From assembly GCF_009914755.1 (NCBI RefSeq), contig NC_060934.1: DNA of 64,000 nt. One strand, given 5' to 3'. Under the pieces are notes generated by a model that ran no database searches, had not been told where the DNA came from, and saw only the letters and a program-made list of their open reading frames with translations. Positions within the stretch are counted from its first letter, which is position 1. Every line of letters starts with the position of its first letter. This DNA comes from the human T2T-CHM13v2.0 reference genome, Homo sapiens. The position numbers were made by a program, and so were the translations under genes. Below are positions 1-15,240 of the stretch, piece after piece.

Positions 1-229
1 ACTCCTGGGCTCATGCCACACAATCCTCCTGCCTCAGCCTCCTGAGTAGCTGGGACTACAGGCATGTACCACCCTGCGTGGCTCTCGTTATCTGTTGATA
101 CTGGAATTTCTGCTTTTTTCCTGGTACAGATACATACATACAAGTACTTTGACCCCAAAATTCTATTTTCTTAGAATAAATTCCCAGAAGGAATGAAAGA
201 TGTGTGCAAAGACTATCAATGAGAATGTT

Positions 230-525
230 GGCCAGACGTGGTAGTCTACACCTGTAATCCCAGCACTTTGGGAGGCTGAGGCAAAGGGGATCACTTGAGG
301 CCAGGAGTTTAGACCAGCCTGGGCAACATGGCAAAAACATGTCTCTACAAAAAATACAAAAAGTATCCAGGTATGGAGGCATATGCCTGTAGTCCCAGCT
401 ACTCATAGGAGGCTGAGGCAGGAGGATCACTTGAGCCCAGGGAGGCTGAGGCTGCAGTGAGCCATGATCACACCACTACACTCCAACCTGGTTAACAGAA
501 TGTCTCTAAAAATAAAATAAAATAA
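230..525 (+). mobile_element. Alu (J-like)
   Basis: Dimeric Alu with A-rich tail. Confidence 0.9.
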
Positions 526-776
526 GATGTAGATACATGCAGGAGGCTGAGGTGATGGATCACTTGAGCCCAGGAGTTTGAGTCCAGCCTGGGCAACATT
601 GAAAGACTATATATTTTAAAGTAGACACATGTACAAAATCATACATGCATAAAACAACCGAAGGAATATCTATTAAAATGTTGGCAGCAATTAGCTTTGG
701 TTGGTAGAATAACAGAAGGGTTACTTTTCTCACTTTCATTCATCCATATTTTCCAAAGTTTAAAAAAAAAAGAAAC

Positions 777-1090
777 GGCCTGGTGCAGTGGCTCACGCCT
801 ATAGTCCTAGCACTTTGGGAGGCCAAGGCAAGAGGGTCGGTTGAGCCCAGGAGCTCAAGACCAGCCTGGGCAATGTAGGGAGACCCTGTCTCTACAAAAA
901 ATAAAAAATCAGTTGTTGTGGTCTGCACTTATAGTCCCAGCTACCAGGGAGGCTGAGGTGGAAGGATTGCTTGCGCCCAGGAGGTAGAGGCTACAGTGAG
1001 CCATAATTGTGCCACTGTACTCCAGCCTGGGTGACAGAGCAAGACTGTCTCTCAAAAAAGGCAAAACAAAACAAAACAAAAAACAAGGAA
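777..1090 (+). mobile_element. Alu (J-like)
   Basis: Dimeric Alu with (CAAAA)n tail. Confidence 0.9.
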
Positions 1091-1139
1091 CATGCGTTTT
1101 TGTTTAAAGGAAAACATTTTTTTTTTAAGTTTATAATTT

Positions 1140-1432
<293 letters not shown>

Positions 1433-1749
1433 TAAGTTTATAATTTCTTAACATGGTGTTTAATTAAGCCTATTCACAAATATTCTTAAATAACACACCA
1501 AAATAATTTACTTATACTCTAATAGGAAAGATTCTACATTAGGATGCAGAATCTGAAGGAAACAATCTTCAATTTCTTGACTTAGACATTCTTGGTAACA
1601 GACCCACACAGTAATTAGGTAGCACTTATGTATTGTGATATTACCTGGGGTGTTTATAAGCTCATCCTTTAATAAGCTAGACTAAGTGCAGTAAATCAGC
1701 TCACTCTGCAACCAACCAGTCCCACCTCCTAACTGCTCCTGAACTGCAA

Positions 1750-2190
1750 AGACCAAAAGCCTCAGAGAAGACATATTTCCCAAACTTTCTTGCAGCTAAA
1801 GCTCTCAGCGTGAATCATGTTCCATCAATGAAACACACACACATGTGCAATATGGAAGATGAGTGAAATCCAGGCTATCTTCCTGAAGCTACTGTTCCTG
1901 GCAAGTGTAGCTGTGGGGACTGAGTTTTGGGCAGCAGCAAATAACTCCCAGCTTCCATGTGCTTGAGAGTCAGTTGCCGGGATGCCAGCAGCTGCATCCT
2001 CAGTCTAAGATTGCAGCCAATGATGATGTTTTCATGAATCCACCGTTCACGTGGCAGCCTCCTGGAGCTCAGACTGATGCCTGCTCCTCCAGCCTTCCAA
2101 TACCTTTGCAAACACCTGAATTCCACATTAATCTCTCTCTGTTTAGAATACCCAGAGTGGCTTGTGTTTCCTGGGCTGAACCCTGCCTGG
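1750..2190 (+). mobile_element. ERVL LTR fragment (LTR16/LTR33-like)
   Basis: ctgtttagaatacccagagtggcttgtgtttcctgggctgaaccctg terminus. Confidence 0.45.
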
Positions 2191-2829
2191 TAAGTCCATT
2201 TTAACAGGCTTCTAGATCTTTCCTCAAAAACTGTAAAGCTGATGATGGTTTTGAAAAAAATCACGATTTCTTAACAACGTGGAAGCAGAGAGGTCACCTT
2301 TAGCAAATGTATGCCTTAAGTGGGTAGAATTCACTTCTTAATAACAAATCAGGTTCAAGACCTCCAAAGACATAATGACAATTAATTGGCAAACCTCATC
2401 CCCTCTCACACATTTCTCCCCTGTTGACATTAAATCAAGGGCCAGAATTAAGCTACTGATAAAGACGAACACTTTATTCTAATTGTTCTATGATTCATGA
2501 CCTGTGTTCCAACACCTAGAAACCCATCAGGATACAAATATATCACTTAAAATAAGGCACATAGGGATGGTTAGTTTTTCTGTCTCATTCTATATTGTTC
2601 TGAGAAATTACAGATATTTTCTTCTAAGAAAGGCATGATCAACTATTCAAGTTTTGCTGAATCTAAGGTAATGTCAGAATACTCTTAAACAACTTACGGC
2701 CTCAGATCCCAGTAGTTTAGAATTCTAGGGACGATGTAAATTCATAATCACTGTGAAAATGTTATCCTATCAAAACTCTGTAGAAACATCTATGCTTTTG
2801 CAATAACAGCGTAAAAGACCTCTTCTGAT

Positions 2830-2866
2830 GAGAGAGAGAGAGAGGGAGAGGGAGAGAGAAAGAAAA

Positions 2867-2916
<50 letters not shown>

Positions 2917-2933
2917 AAAAGAAAGAAAAAGAA

Positions 2934-2973
<40 letters not shown>

Positions 2974-2975
2974 AA
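2830..2975 (+). repeat. Compound (GA)n/(GAAA)n microsatellite
   Basis: About 145 nt of pure purine tract read directly from the sequence. Confidence 0.97.
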
Positions 2976-2989
2976 AATTAGGGAGTTGG

Positions 2990-3135
2990 GGTAACCAGGT
3001 AATTTAGGCCAATGGATTCAACTGTGCCTTAAGCTGGTACTACCCTCATTTATGTGAGTCAATCAAGTCCCCCTTTTTTGCTCAAGCTACTCTGAGTTGG
3101 GTTTTTATCACTTGCAACCAAGAGTCATGACTAAC
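2990..3135 (+). mobile_element. Old MLT1 LTR 3' fragment
   Basis: gagttgggtttttatcacttgcaaccaagagtcatgactaa terminus. Confidence 0.55.
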
Positions 3136-3708
3136 AAACCCATCCTACTGTTACCTCTTTTGCCTTGGCTCTGTATTCCACACAGATTTAATCCTGGCGC
3201 TGATATAATTTTGTTTAAATATTTCTTCACCAGCTTGCCTGTGAACTTACAGAAGGCAGACATTTGTGTCTTTGCATTTCCAGTGCCTAGCACATGGTAG
3301 ACATTCAGCGAACGTCTGCAGGGTGGATCATGCACCCAATGTTGTCAACTCATTTGATGATCAGCCCCCTTTCCCCCAACCAAAAAAAAAAAAAAAGATG
3401 TAAAATGAAACAGCACAGATCTTACTAGTGGGGAGAAAGGTGAATGCCTCTAACGCTGTTAGAAAAAGGATACCTCTGGGGAAACTAAGTGACTAACAAA
3501 TAAAAATGATTCTCTAAAAATAGGAGAGCTGTCCCTGCAAGCTGAACTAACAGAAGATGAAGAATGAGGTCTCCCTGAAATGCCCACCATAAGACTGCCA
3601 GATATGGGACTGCTGGATGACACTCTGGCTACCCCACTGAGTTTTATGAAAACATAACAGAATAAAGACACTTACTTGTCAACTCAGGTAAAGAATACAC
3701 ACAGAAGG

Positions 3709-4053
3709 TGTCTTAGTCCGTTCTGGGTGCTATAACAAAATAACAGACTGGGCAATTTATAAGTAACAGAAACTTATTTTTTACAGTTTGAAGGCTGGGA
3801 TGATCAAGGTGCCAGAAAATTGAGAATCTAGTGAGGGCTTGCTCTCTGCTTCAAAGATGCCACCTTCTGGCTGTATCCTGTGGCAGAAGGGGACAAAGAA
3901 GCTCCCTTGGGCCACTTTCGTAAGGGCACTGATCCCATTCACAAGGGCAGAGCCCTCATGATCTAATCACCTCCCAGATGCCCCACTTCTGAATGCCATC
4001 AGAGATGAGGTTTCAACGTAAGAATTTTGGGAGGACACATTCAGACCATAGCA
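3709..4053 (-). mobile_element. MaLR solo LTR (MLT1A-like)
   Basis: tgtcttagtccgtt...gctataacaaaat...ggacacattcagaccatagca, with TG...CA ends. Confidence 0.8.
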
Positions 4054-4899
4054 GGAGCAATGGGCTGATCCTGATCCCACTTAAATAGCTCATAACTTCT
4101 GTAGATAGCTCAGATTCCTCAGGACTGGAGGAAACAGTTCCCAACCTAAATAAGGGCTCCTGGAAATATGTGTTAATTAATGAAATACATACCAACAACT
4201 GTGAAGAGATGTTGGTGTGATCTGTTGACTCACCTGAAATGGTTTAAAGATTTCTTCCCAATAGGATGTGAAGAGCCATCTCTTCCTGGGGATTATGTTC
4301 TGGTTGATGTAGGGATTAGGTCTCCACTTGAGGACGAAGTGGGGAAGGGCACACTTAAGCGAACAGCTCTCTTGGTTGGCCTATATTGACTGGGCAGATT
4401 TTATATCAGAATTCCAAATCTCTGCCTAGTGTGGTTATAGTTGAGAGAGCACAGATTAGAAGGCGTCAACTACAGGCTCAAGTTTCATCACCCATTCAAC
4501 GAATCATTGAAGGGAGCCAATGATTTTGTTTGAATTCCAGTCTCTCTAGATACAAAATGGAGTCAATTCTTTCTGTACCCACCTTATTAGTTGCTAGACA
4601 AAACTTTGGCAATCATTTGCTCTAATTCCCTTATCTCCCCCACAAAGAAACTCATCAGTTAAAGCCTTGTTCTTACCTTTCTTGGTCACAGAACCCTCTG
4701 AGGATTTGTTGAAAGCTATGGATCCTTCTCCACAGAAACATGCATTTGTGTGTGTGTGCTCCCACAAAGGCATTTTGGCATATTATTTTTGAAAGAATCA
4801 CAAAACTCTTGTGGTTCGTTCTTAGGGAAGCCAAGTTAAAAAACAACAACCACCTCTGAACCAAAGGAATTTTTAAAAACATACACAGGGTAAAAGAAG

Positions 4900-5885
4900 C
4901 TTGTTCATGTCATCATGAATTTATTTTCAGGCAATATGACAATCTATTAACACTCAGCATACTCTGAACTTACCGAATAAGTACCACGCCATACTTCCTC
5001 ATTAATGACTATCATTTTACATGAGCTTCTACCACAATCACAATGAGAGAACAGATTGCTACATGTTTGCTGGTAAATACATTCAGTAAGGCACTCAAAT
5101 CCTAGACACGAACTAACCACAGAACGCTCTTCCCTGCTTTAATAAATTGAAACATGATCTCATTTCCTTCACTTTCAATACTTTTTATAGAAAGACACGC
5201 TTGTCTTGAACTTGTCTAAACATAGGTTTATATAAACTAATCCATTATCATTATAGTTATAATCAAGGGAATGATTTCACATTGACGGTTTTTTAGGTAG
5301 GGATAAGTGAAAGCACTGCAGCAGTTTCTGAAGGAGTGTCTTCTCTGTGGTTCCCCATACTTAGTACGATGCCTGGAATGTAGCAGGGACTAAATACAGT
5401 GAACAAATGGGCAAACCTTTAATTCCCAGGGATCTGCTACATATTGCCTTGACTGGTAGATCATTTCTCCAGAAGAAAGGAAGAAACCAAAAGACAAAAA
5501 CAATCTTTTTAAACCTCACAGGATTTTTTTAGAAAAAAGTTTTAATTTATATATCTAGTGCAATTCTCTTTGTAAAATATATTTCATAAAAAATCCAAAG
5601 CAAAAGCCCTGTCATTCATTTATTTCAAAAGACAAATCATTTCAGTACTTCTTCCTTGAAATGCCTGCAATTTCTTCCTCTGGCCTCAGAGACGGGCATT
5701 GGCTCCATGCTTTACCATGTCAGGATAAAAATCCAGGAGGGAGAAATCTTGTTGTAATGGATAGCTGTTTTCATCTAACACAAAAAGGCTCTGAATCTTC
5801 AATACACAAGGTTCTGCGCTGACTGCCAACAAGGAGTGGAACAGGTCTGCCACAACCATCCCATAGGTGATCTCTGAGGAAGGAA
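4900..5885 (-). pseudogene. SHLD2-like terminal exon (coding 5885-5686 plus 3' UTR)
   Basis: ctgcag|TTCCT; VPSSEITYG...ANARL then TGA at 5686-5688. The 3' end is estimated from the distal AATAAA. Confidence 0.88.
4920..4925 (-). terminator. Candidate polyadenylation signal of the SHLD2-like transcript
   Basis: AATAAA on the minus strand followed by a GU/U-rich stretch. A proximal AATAAA is also present at 5619-5624. Confidence 0.55.
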
Positions 5886-5997
5886 CTGCAGAAGACGAAA
5901 ACACAGAGCTCTCAAGATCGCTGCTAGCTTGACAGGAGCACACACATTGAATGGTTTCATTGTTTCTTTTGGTTCCTCAAGTCTCAAACCCATTTTA

Positions 5998-6316
<319 letters not shown>

Positions 6317-7068
6317 CTACTCTTTCTACACCTTCTCTTTCTAGTTACAAGCTATTGAGGCACTCCAGAGTGACGGCATGTGATCCCCCTGACACAAGAA
6401 ACAGGCCCAGATAACACACCGTTCAGACCAACAGCAGTTCTGGTTATGCTGCAGTACATCAGACGAGTGCTCTTATCCATCCACAGTTCTTATCACAGTT
6501 ACTTATGCATATATTCATTTTTTATATAAAAGAATCTTGAATCGGTCACTTAAATATTGAATCTCAATAATAAAAAATACTAAAAGTATAGCTAAATGTG
6601 TTATTTTATTTTGCATTTGTCCTACACTCTTCCCCTCACTTTTTTAGGACATGTAATCAAGACATTTGGGAGGTTGTTCAATACCAGAATGACAGAGCAC
6701 CATCGACCATGCTCAGACCGTACTAACCCCTTGACAATTATCACAGTCTTTCTTGGATGGGGACTACAGAGTCCTGGAGGACCAATGACATATTTTGGGG
6801 GGTATGATAATTCTCTACAATAACTTTTAAATTTTGTATTTTCACTGCAATAAACTAAAACATAACCAATATTAGTAATAGTCTGCATGGTCTGATGACC
6901 ACTTTATGACCAATGACATTTTGACTTATGATCACAATCTAATTAATGCCAAGAAGTACAACTTTAATTGTCTCAAGAATGGACAAAACACTGAAGTATA
7001 TGTGATATGAGAATTATGCTTCTCTAAGAGATAAAGACTAATTTACATTATGCAAAAAAGAAGAGATA

Positions 7069-7362
<294 letters not shown>

Positions 7363-7469
7363 AAGAGATAACACTGAAAATATATAAGTAACATTAAGAA
7401 AAGGAATGAAAATAGCCAAAAGAATAAAAATGAAATAAAGAAAATGGGGGAAAAAACGGAGAGAGGCTT

Positions 7470-8700
7470 CTAATTAAGATGTAGAAAGCTGGAAAAAGTG
7501 GCTCCTACCCTAACAGTTACTGGAAAAAACTGAATAAATATAAAATCATCATTTTCTTGAATACACATGAGAACCAAGGTTGTAAAACAGCCAAAAAGAC
7601 TGAAACATAAGGAGACAGGTGCCTCCAGGGAGATGGAACAGGAGCACAGGTTCCCTTGGGGCAGGCCTTGGGAAGAAGACAGGTCCTCCATACAGGCAGG
7701 AAAGAAGAATGTGATTAATTTTTATTAATAAATTAATTGCAAAAAGCCAATGAACTGCCAGTGTCAGCAACATAAGGAACATCTGCATCCTCATAGGCTC
7801 TTCCACATAGTACGTCTCACCTCCACCAGGTGCTCATAAGACTGGGGGCAGGGCAAGACATCAGAGAAAGCTTCCAACTACAAAACACAAAGCACCATCT
7901 GGCCTCCCCTTTAAGGAACAAAAGCCTTCAATTGCTGGAGGAGGGACACCAAATCCTGTTGCCCCAGGGTACAGGTGAGGAACCAGTACAGATGGGGGAA
8001 AGAAAAAAGAAAAAAAAAAACCTCCATCCTGGGGGAGGACTGAAAAACCACCCTGGGTCAAGACCATTAGTGGTCCCCTACTGCTGGGGCGGGGCCAGGA
8101 CCACACAAGACCCACTAAAGGCACAAGACAGAGCTCAGCTGCCATGCCACATAAGGGACAGGGCTACCAAGAAAGCGCCATATGCAACATCCGTATAAGA
8201 CTGGGGCTGGACCAGAATCAAAGAGGAACAACCCTGCTCCCACCCACCAGGTTAGGATGCACCAAATAACAACCAACAAAAGCTTGTGCAACTTGGGGAG
8301 GTGCAAGAATATGGAAAGAAACTTTCTCTGAGGCCCAGGTGCAGAGTGGAGGGCTATGCTGACGGTGGAGCAGGAATACTGGGGAACCACTTCCCACCAT
8401 AAGCACAAGATAATTTGAAACCAGTGGTGACCTGAAGGTAACCAGAGAAACAACAAAACCTGAATCCAACTCAACTTATGACAAGGCTGACCATCCTGCT
8501 CACCCCTCACCTCCAGTAAAGGACCAGAAGAGGCATGCCTGTTTCCAGGTACAACTACTATTTACCTCAGTTTGTACTGTTCTACTTAATATATGCAACG
8601 TTCAGCATTCAACCCAAAATTACTAGACACCCCCAACTAAAAAAAAAAACACAAAAAACAATCTACTATTGAAAGATAAAGCAATCACAGAACCAGATTA
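7470..8700 (+). mobile_element. Old L1M 5' region fragment
   Basis: Purine-rich, 5' UTR-like sequence ending in caacccaaaattactagacac. Confidence 0.5.
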
Positions 8701-9167
8701 GCTCATCAGCTTAGAGGATCTGAGGCTAATGAGAACAGGAATGGAGTTTGAATACCTGACAAATATATTATCTTTGCTTTATTCTTAGCCACTGACAACT
8801 AAGACATCATGGTTGAAGATCTTGCAAATCCATTCCACTGACACTGGACTATCTTCATATATATTACGTCATACACTCATTGACTTCATTCTTATAAAAC
8901 TAGAGTTAAGTAAAATAGTTTTTGCTTACCAACAGGAAATGTAGGTTAAGAAGAAATTAGGTGCCTCCCGCTGTTCATGTACTAACAGGTGTAAAGCAAG
9001 TCAACCTTCTAACTTACATAGGCTTATATTTCACTTAAGCTAAATTATCCTTCTGTTTTCATATGGACAGAAAAGCTCTTAATTTAAAGTACAGTGCTCT
9101 TTCTGTTCTGATATACCATTTATACTCCTGAATAAAACAACTTCTTGATGGCACACTGATATATTAC

Positions 9168-9283
9168 CTATCACTCTGTTGAGGCAGTCTGCAGAAATGT
9201 TGAGAAGAATCTTCTCTATCAGCTTTGATTCTACATGGATGTAAACATTATGTCTTCCATCAACGGCAGTCATTAACGCTGGC
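9168..9283 (-). pseudogene. SHLD2-like exon (116 nt, [11 protein letters not shown]...LNRVI)
   Basis: ctgtag|GCCAG...ATAG|gtaata; lies within ORF 9079-9327. Confidence 0.93.
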
Positions 9284-10350
9284 CTACAGAAGAGTAAACA
9301 ACACACGACCTTCAAAAAGATTTTCAAATAAAAGAAATGCTTAAATGAAAAATAATTCCAAAAAGCACTTGGTTTTTATGCAGGATTAATTTTAATGCTT
9401 AAAACAACTCTAGGATGTTCTGTGACATCCTAGAAGGAAAAAAAGGTTTTTTTTTCCCCAAGAGCTTCAAATGATAAATTACTACATTTTATTTATTCTA
9501 TATCCATTTTTAAATTTCAGATACTAATATAAAAATATATTAAACTGTTTTATAAATTATTTTTAGAAATGAAAATAAAAATAATAATCACATATTTCAC
9601 AATCACAATTTCAAGTTACTTTTTTCAACTGAATTCTTTCCTATCAGAAATAAACTGTTTTGCATATCAATAAAACTGGATTAACAATTTTCAGTGCATC
9701 CTACATCTTAATGCTATGTAGCTGATAAAAAGAATGAAGAACATTTGCAAGTGCTATTAGGGAAGGAGCACCAGGATAGACTCTAGGGAACAACAATATG
9801 AACAATATTCTTCTGTCCACATGCTTCTAAAGAAAGGGATACACATGTGCTGGGATGAACATAATAAATCACTGGAAGGACATACAAAAAACCTTCTCAC
9901 CAGCATGGAAGCAGCACTGGTGGGAGAGGGTTGGATGGTGAAGGAGACTTTCACTCTTTGTTTTATAACCTCCTATGTAGTGTGCATTTTAACCATGACA
10001 TGTGGTACCTATTTTATAACTACATTGATTTTTAAAAAATAAATTGAGAACAGAATTCAGAAACAGGCTCATTAGCGGGGGAATTTAATGTAACAGAGCT
10101 AAAACATAACTACTGATTTTCCCCCTAAAAACCCACTTCCCCCTTTATTCACACGATGACTCTATGTTCCTTCCTCTTTTCACTCTACACTCTTTCCTCA
10201 GCCTCTCTCTCCCTCCATTATTTATTTCAACAAATACAAACTGAGTATCTATCATGGACTGTGGTAAGTGCTGGGTACCCACTAGTGAAAAAGACAAATC
10301 TGGTTCCGTCACTCAAGGAACGTAAAACTGTAGAGGGATAGGAAGAAATT

Positions 10351-10490
10351 GGGCATGCGCGGTGGCTCATGCCTGTAATCCCAGCGCTTTGGGATGCCAA
10401 GGTGAGGAGGACTGCTTGAGGCCAGGAGTTTGAGACCAGCCTGGGCAACACAACGAGACCTCATCTCTACAAAAAGAAGAAGAAAGAAAA
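10351..10490 (+). mobile_element. FLAM / Alu left monomer
   Basis: Single arm with A-rich tail. Confidence 0.8.
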
Positions 10491-10494
10491 TAAG

Positions 10495-11460
10495 CTTTTC
10501 AACAGTGGTGCCAAGATGACTAAACAGGGATGGAACAGTCTTTTCAAAAATTCACGCTGGGACAACTAGATATCCACATGCCAAAAAATAAAATTATACC
10601 CCTTCCTTATCCCATATACAAAACTTAACTCAAAGTAGATAATAAACCTAAATGTAGGAGGTAAAACTACTAAACTCTTAGAAGAAAATACGGGAGCAAA
10701 TCTCCATAACCTTGGCTTAGAAATGACACCTTTCTTAGATATGACCCGAAAGCACATGCAACAAAAAGAAAAACGGAATAAGAAGTACTGGCAAGAATAT
10801 GGGGAAATTACAACCCTCATATTGCTGATGAGAATGTAAAATTGTGCAGCAATTTTGGAAAACAGCCTGGTAGTTCCTCAAAAGGTTAAACAGACAGTTA
10901 CCATATGACCCAGCAATTCCACCACTCCTAGATATATACCCAAGAGAAATGAACACACATATCCACACAAAAACTTGTACACAAATGTTCACAGCAGCAT
11001 CATTCATAATAGCCAAAGAGTAGAAACAACCCAATTGTCCATCAACTGATGAATGGATAAATAAAATGTGGTATGTGCATACAATAAAATATTATTTTGC
11101 AATAAAAAGGAATGAAGTAGTGATACATGCTACAACATGGATGGACCTTGAAAACATCATGCTAAGTGAAGCCAGTCACAAAAGATCACATATTATATAA
11201 TATTTATATAAAATATCTAGAACAGGCAAATCTATAGAGACAGAAAGCAGATTCGTAGTTGCCATGGGTTGAGGGGCATGGGGAATGGAGAGTGACTGCT
11301 AATGAGTATGAGGCTTTGTAAAGGGCTGGGTAATGAAAATGTCCTAACTGGTTGTGGTGATAGCTACACAGCCCTTGGAATATACTACCGCCATTGAATT
11401 GTACATTTCAGAAGATTAATTTGATGGTATATGAATTTTAACTTCAGTAAAAATGTTTTT
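10495..11460 (+). mobile_element. L1M (L1MB-like) 3' fragment
   Basis: ORF2-end and 3' UTR motifs: ccatatgacccagcaattccac, ccatcaactgatgaatggataa, gaccttgaaaacatcatgctaagtgaa. Confidence 0.85.
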
Positions 11461-11479
11461 TAGAAAAGACAGTATGCAA

Positions 11480-12930
11480 ATACAAATTACAGTAAGCACA
11501 CCCAGGCTACTATAACAGAAAATAAAGAAGGGTGGTTAGGAGAGGCCTCTCTGATAAAGCAGCATTTAATCTAAGACATGAAGAAACCAGCCTTGTGGAG
11601 TCAGAGGGAAGACATTCGAGAACATCCTAAGGAGAAAAATCAAAATGTCTGAAGAACTGAAAGAAGGCCACGTGGCTAGAGTGCTGGACAACAGGGGAGT
11701 GGCAGCAGATGAGACTGCAGAGGAAACAAGCACAAGGAGATGACTGATGGGTGAAGCAAAGGGTAATCACACTGCCAACGGGTGGAGAATAAAGGGGAGG
11801 AGGCAAGGCCAGGAGGAGCCCCACCAAGAGACTGCTGGTGTGCTGGTTTGCGCAACAGGTAGTAGGGACTCAGATGAGGCCTGAGTGATTCCAGACCAGC
11901 AGGCACTGACTTTCCATTTTGGTTTCACAGTAATTGAGGTTCAGCTAGGGGAAGGTAAACAGGGATGCCACATGCCCCGCAGCATGTGGGATATGGTACA
12001 TAATGAGAAACTGTCCTGAGAAAAATGTCAACAATGCCCCTGCTGGGATACACTGGACTAAGATGTTAGCAGTGGAGATGGAAAAAAGTGGATGAATTTG
12101 TGATATAGTTCTGAATGAAAATTCCTAGGACTTGCTAATAGATTAGATAGGGGAGGTAGGGAAGAGAAAATGATGCAACGATTGTGCCCAGGTTTCCAGC
12201 CTAAATAATTGGGTAGATGGTGTGCCATTTTCCAGAAAGTATAAAAACGAAGAGAACTAGATTTGAGTGTGGTTTTAGGAAAAACAAGAGTCTATTGTGG
12301 GTATGTTTAAATGTGAGATGGACATCAAGCAAAGAATTTGATACCTGACTACTGGAGCCTGGAGGAGAAAATCAGGGTGAAGATGTTAAGTACAAATACG
12401 AAAACAGCTGTGATCATCCAGGCAGAATGTACAGAAAGAATAAGAGGAAGGACACAGACGAGAGCATTTAAAGAGGGGGTAGAAAAGGCTGAGAAAGAAG
12501 GGCCTGAGAGACAGGTTAGAAAGCAAGGAGGAGGCTGTTTCAAGAAGGAGGAAGTGGACTGACATGCTGAATATAACTGAGAGCAGTTAGAGCGAGGAAA
12601 GAAGTATCCATGCCTCAGGCAACATCAAAAGTGTAACTTTGACAAAAGCAGCTTCTGCAGCATGGTAGGAGTAGAATGGAATAACTGAAGTGAAACTGAA
12701 GACATAATAGGGGAGAGAGAGTATATTTACAACTCTTTAACAAAGTTTGGCTGGGTATAAAACAGAATAGAAAAACGAAGGGATAAGAGGGAGATGTAAT
12801 GTTAATGGATGATTTTGTTTGTTTTTTAATAAGAGAAATATGGGACTGTCTTTATAGGCTAGTAAGAATAATCCATTATGAGAGGTAATCACTGAAGATT
12901 AAGAAGGAAAAACAAAACAGGGTGCAGAAA
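11480..12930 (-). mobile_element. L2 fragments
   Basis: Purine-rich L2 antisense motifs such as cagtggagatggaaaaaagtggatgaattt. Confidence 0.65.
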
Positions 12931-13349
12931 CCAAGGAAAAGTTCAATCACCACAGATAACCTTATAAGCCTAGCCCAGACTTCTCTTGCAAATTGCATTT
13001 CTTTACATCTAACCACTTTCCAACTTGTTACCTCTCAGGAACTCAAGCTCAATATGATCAAGATTTCTCCCAAGGTTACTTGTTTTAATAAATAATCTTA
13101 TTGTTCACCCAACTGTCAATGATTTGCAATGTACCTGTGCTCTCTCTTTACCTACCAATCACTACATCTTGCAAACTATTTTCTGACCATTCTCAAATCT
13201 GTCCACTTCTTTTTATTCCTACCGCTTCCTCTCTAGTCAAGCCACCATCATCTCCTCTCCAAAATAAGGCAACAGCCTCTTACCGCTTCTCTGCACTAGC
13301 TTCATTCTAATCCACTCTCCAACGCACAGCTAAACTCACTTCTGATGAA

Positions 13350-13630
13350 CAGAATTTGGTAGAAGTGATGCCACATGACTTCTGAGTCTAGGTCACAAAA
13401 AGGCTGGCTTCCACCTGGAACTCTCTTTCTTGCCTTTCCTGCTCTGAGGAAATGAGCTGCCACTTTGTGAGAACATTCAGGCAGCCCGTGGAGACACCCA
13501 AGTGAAGAGGAACTCAACTTGCCAGCCATATGAATGAGCCACTTTGGAAATGAATCCTCCAGCCCCAGTCAAGCCTTCAGATGACTGCAGCCCCAGCCTA
13601 CACCTTGACTACAACCTCTTGAGAGACCCA
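13350..13630 (+). mobile_element. MaLR LTR fragment (MLT1F/G-like)
   Basis: gaagtgatg...cagccccagtcaagccttcagatgactgcagcc motif. Confidence 0.7.
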
Positions 13631-14263
13631 AACATTTCCTAGTGCTGCCTAAATAGGAGCCTTAATTGTGGTTTGACCTGCTGGGGTTTTTTGCTTCCAG
13701 TACAGAAAAATAAATGTATTTCTTGTATTCCAAAAATGTAAATCTGAATATTCTGTAGAAACATTGTTAAAAATGGTATTTGAGTTTTATGATAGCTTGA
13801 AGAGCAGGAACTATGCTATCTACATGTTAATTTAATAAATGTCTGTGGCCTCGTATGAGACTCCATTGCAATATCTAATGTTGCTTCCATTGGAAAATCA
13901 GCTCCAAGTTACAACCAATGTAAAATATGATCAACCCACTCATAGTTTGGGACTGTTGTGCCACACAAATGTTCATTAAGTGTTTCTTAAATGGACTACC
14001 AAGCTTCTTGGGCACAATAAGTCTACTTAGATCAACTAGTATAACATCCACAGTACACATGTGATATGTGAACATACGTGGATTCCTAATAAATATTTGA
14101 CTGAGTCTTAGAAAAATAATCAATGAGAGTTTTCTCTTATTCAGTTTGCTGATTGATTTATGTAGATGATTTTGGAGTCACATACTTGATAACTTGAAGG
14201 GAGTTTGTTAATTTCAATATTTTCTTTCCAAGGAAACCACATAATCTGGACTCTAATAATTTA

Positions 14264-14570
<307 letters not shown>

Positions 14571-14944
14571 AGGCTTTTAAATAAATAAAAAATAATAATT
14601 CTTGCCTTAACATGACCATTCAACATTCTAGTAAGACAACAAACTAGCACTACATCTTTAATGTGGTATAGTTTAGGAAGAGATCTTAAATACCCCATAC
14701 TAGTTATGCCATAATCAGGTGATACTGATCTGTGAAGTCCTTCTCTTGAACAGTCATTTTGTAAACTAAAGATTCAAAGGCCCTCCTCCCCATAAGGAAT
14801 AGTATTGAGCAACATTTTTGTCCAATAAATGCTTATGTTGAATAGAAACATTTGGAATGATATAAATAAGTCACCTATACATACTTTTGAGGGGCCTTAA
14901 CTATTAATAAATCAATGTTGTTTGTTACATACCATGCATTTTTT

Positions 14945-15240
14945 GTTTTGATTTTGAGACAGGGTCTCACTCTGTTGCACAAGCTAGAGTGCAGTGGTGC
15001 AAACATAGCTCACTGTAACAATCGATCTCCTGGGCTCAAACAATCCTCCCGCCTCAGCCTCCCAAGTAGCTGGGACTACAGGCCTATGTCACCATGCCCA
15101 GCTTTTTTTTTTTTTTTTTTGGTAGAGATGGGGTTTCCCTGTGTTTCCCAGGCTGGTCTTGAACCCCTGGGCTCCAGCGATCCCCCCACCACAGCCTCCC
15201 AAAGTGCTGGGATTACAGGCATGAGCCACCACACCCAGCC
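14945..15240 (-). mobile_element. Alu (J-like)
   Basis: Antisense dimeric Alu. Confidence 0.9.
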
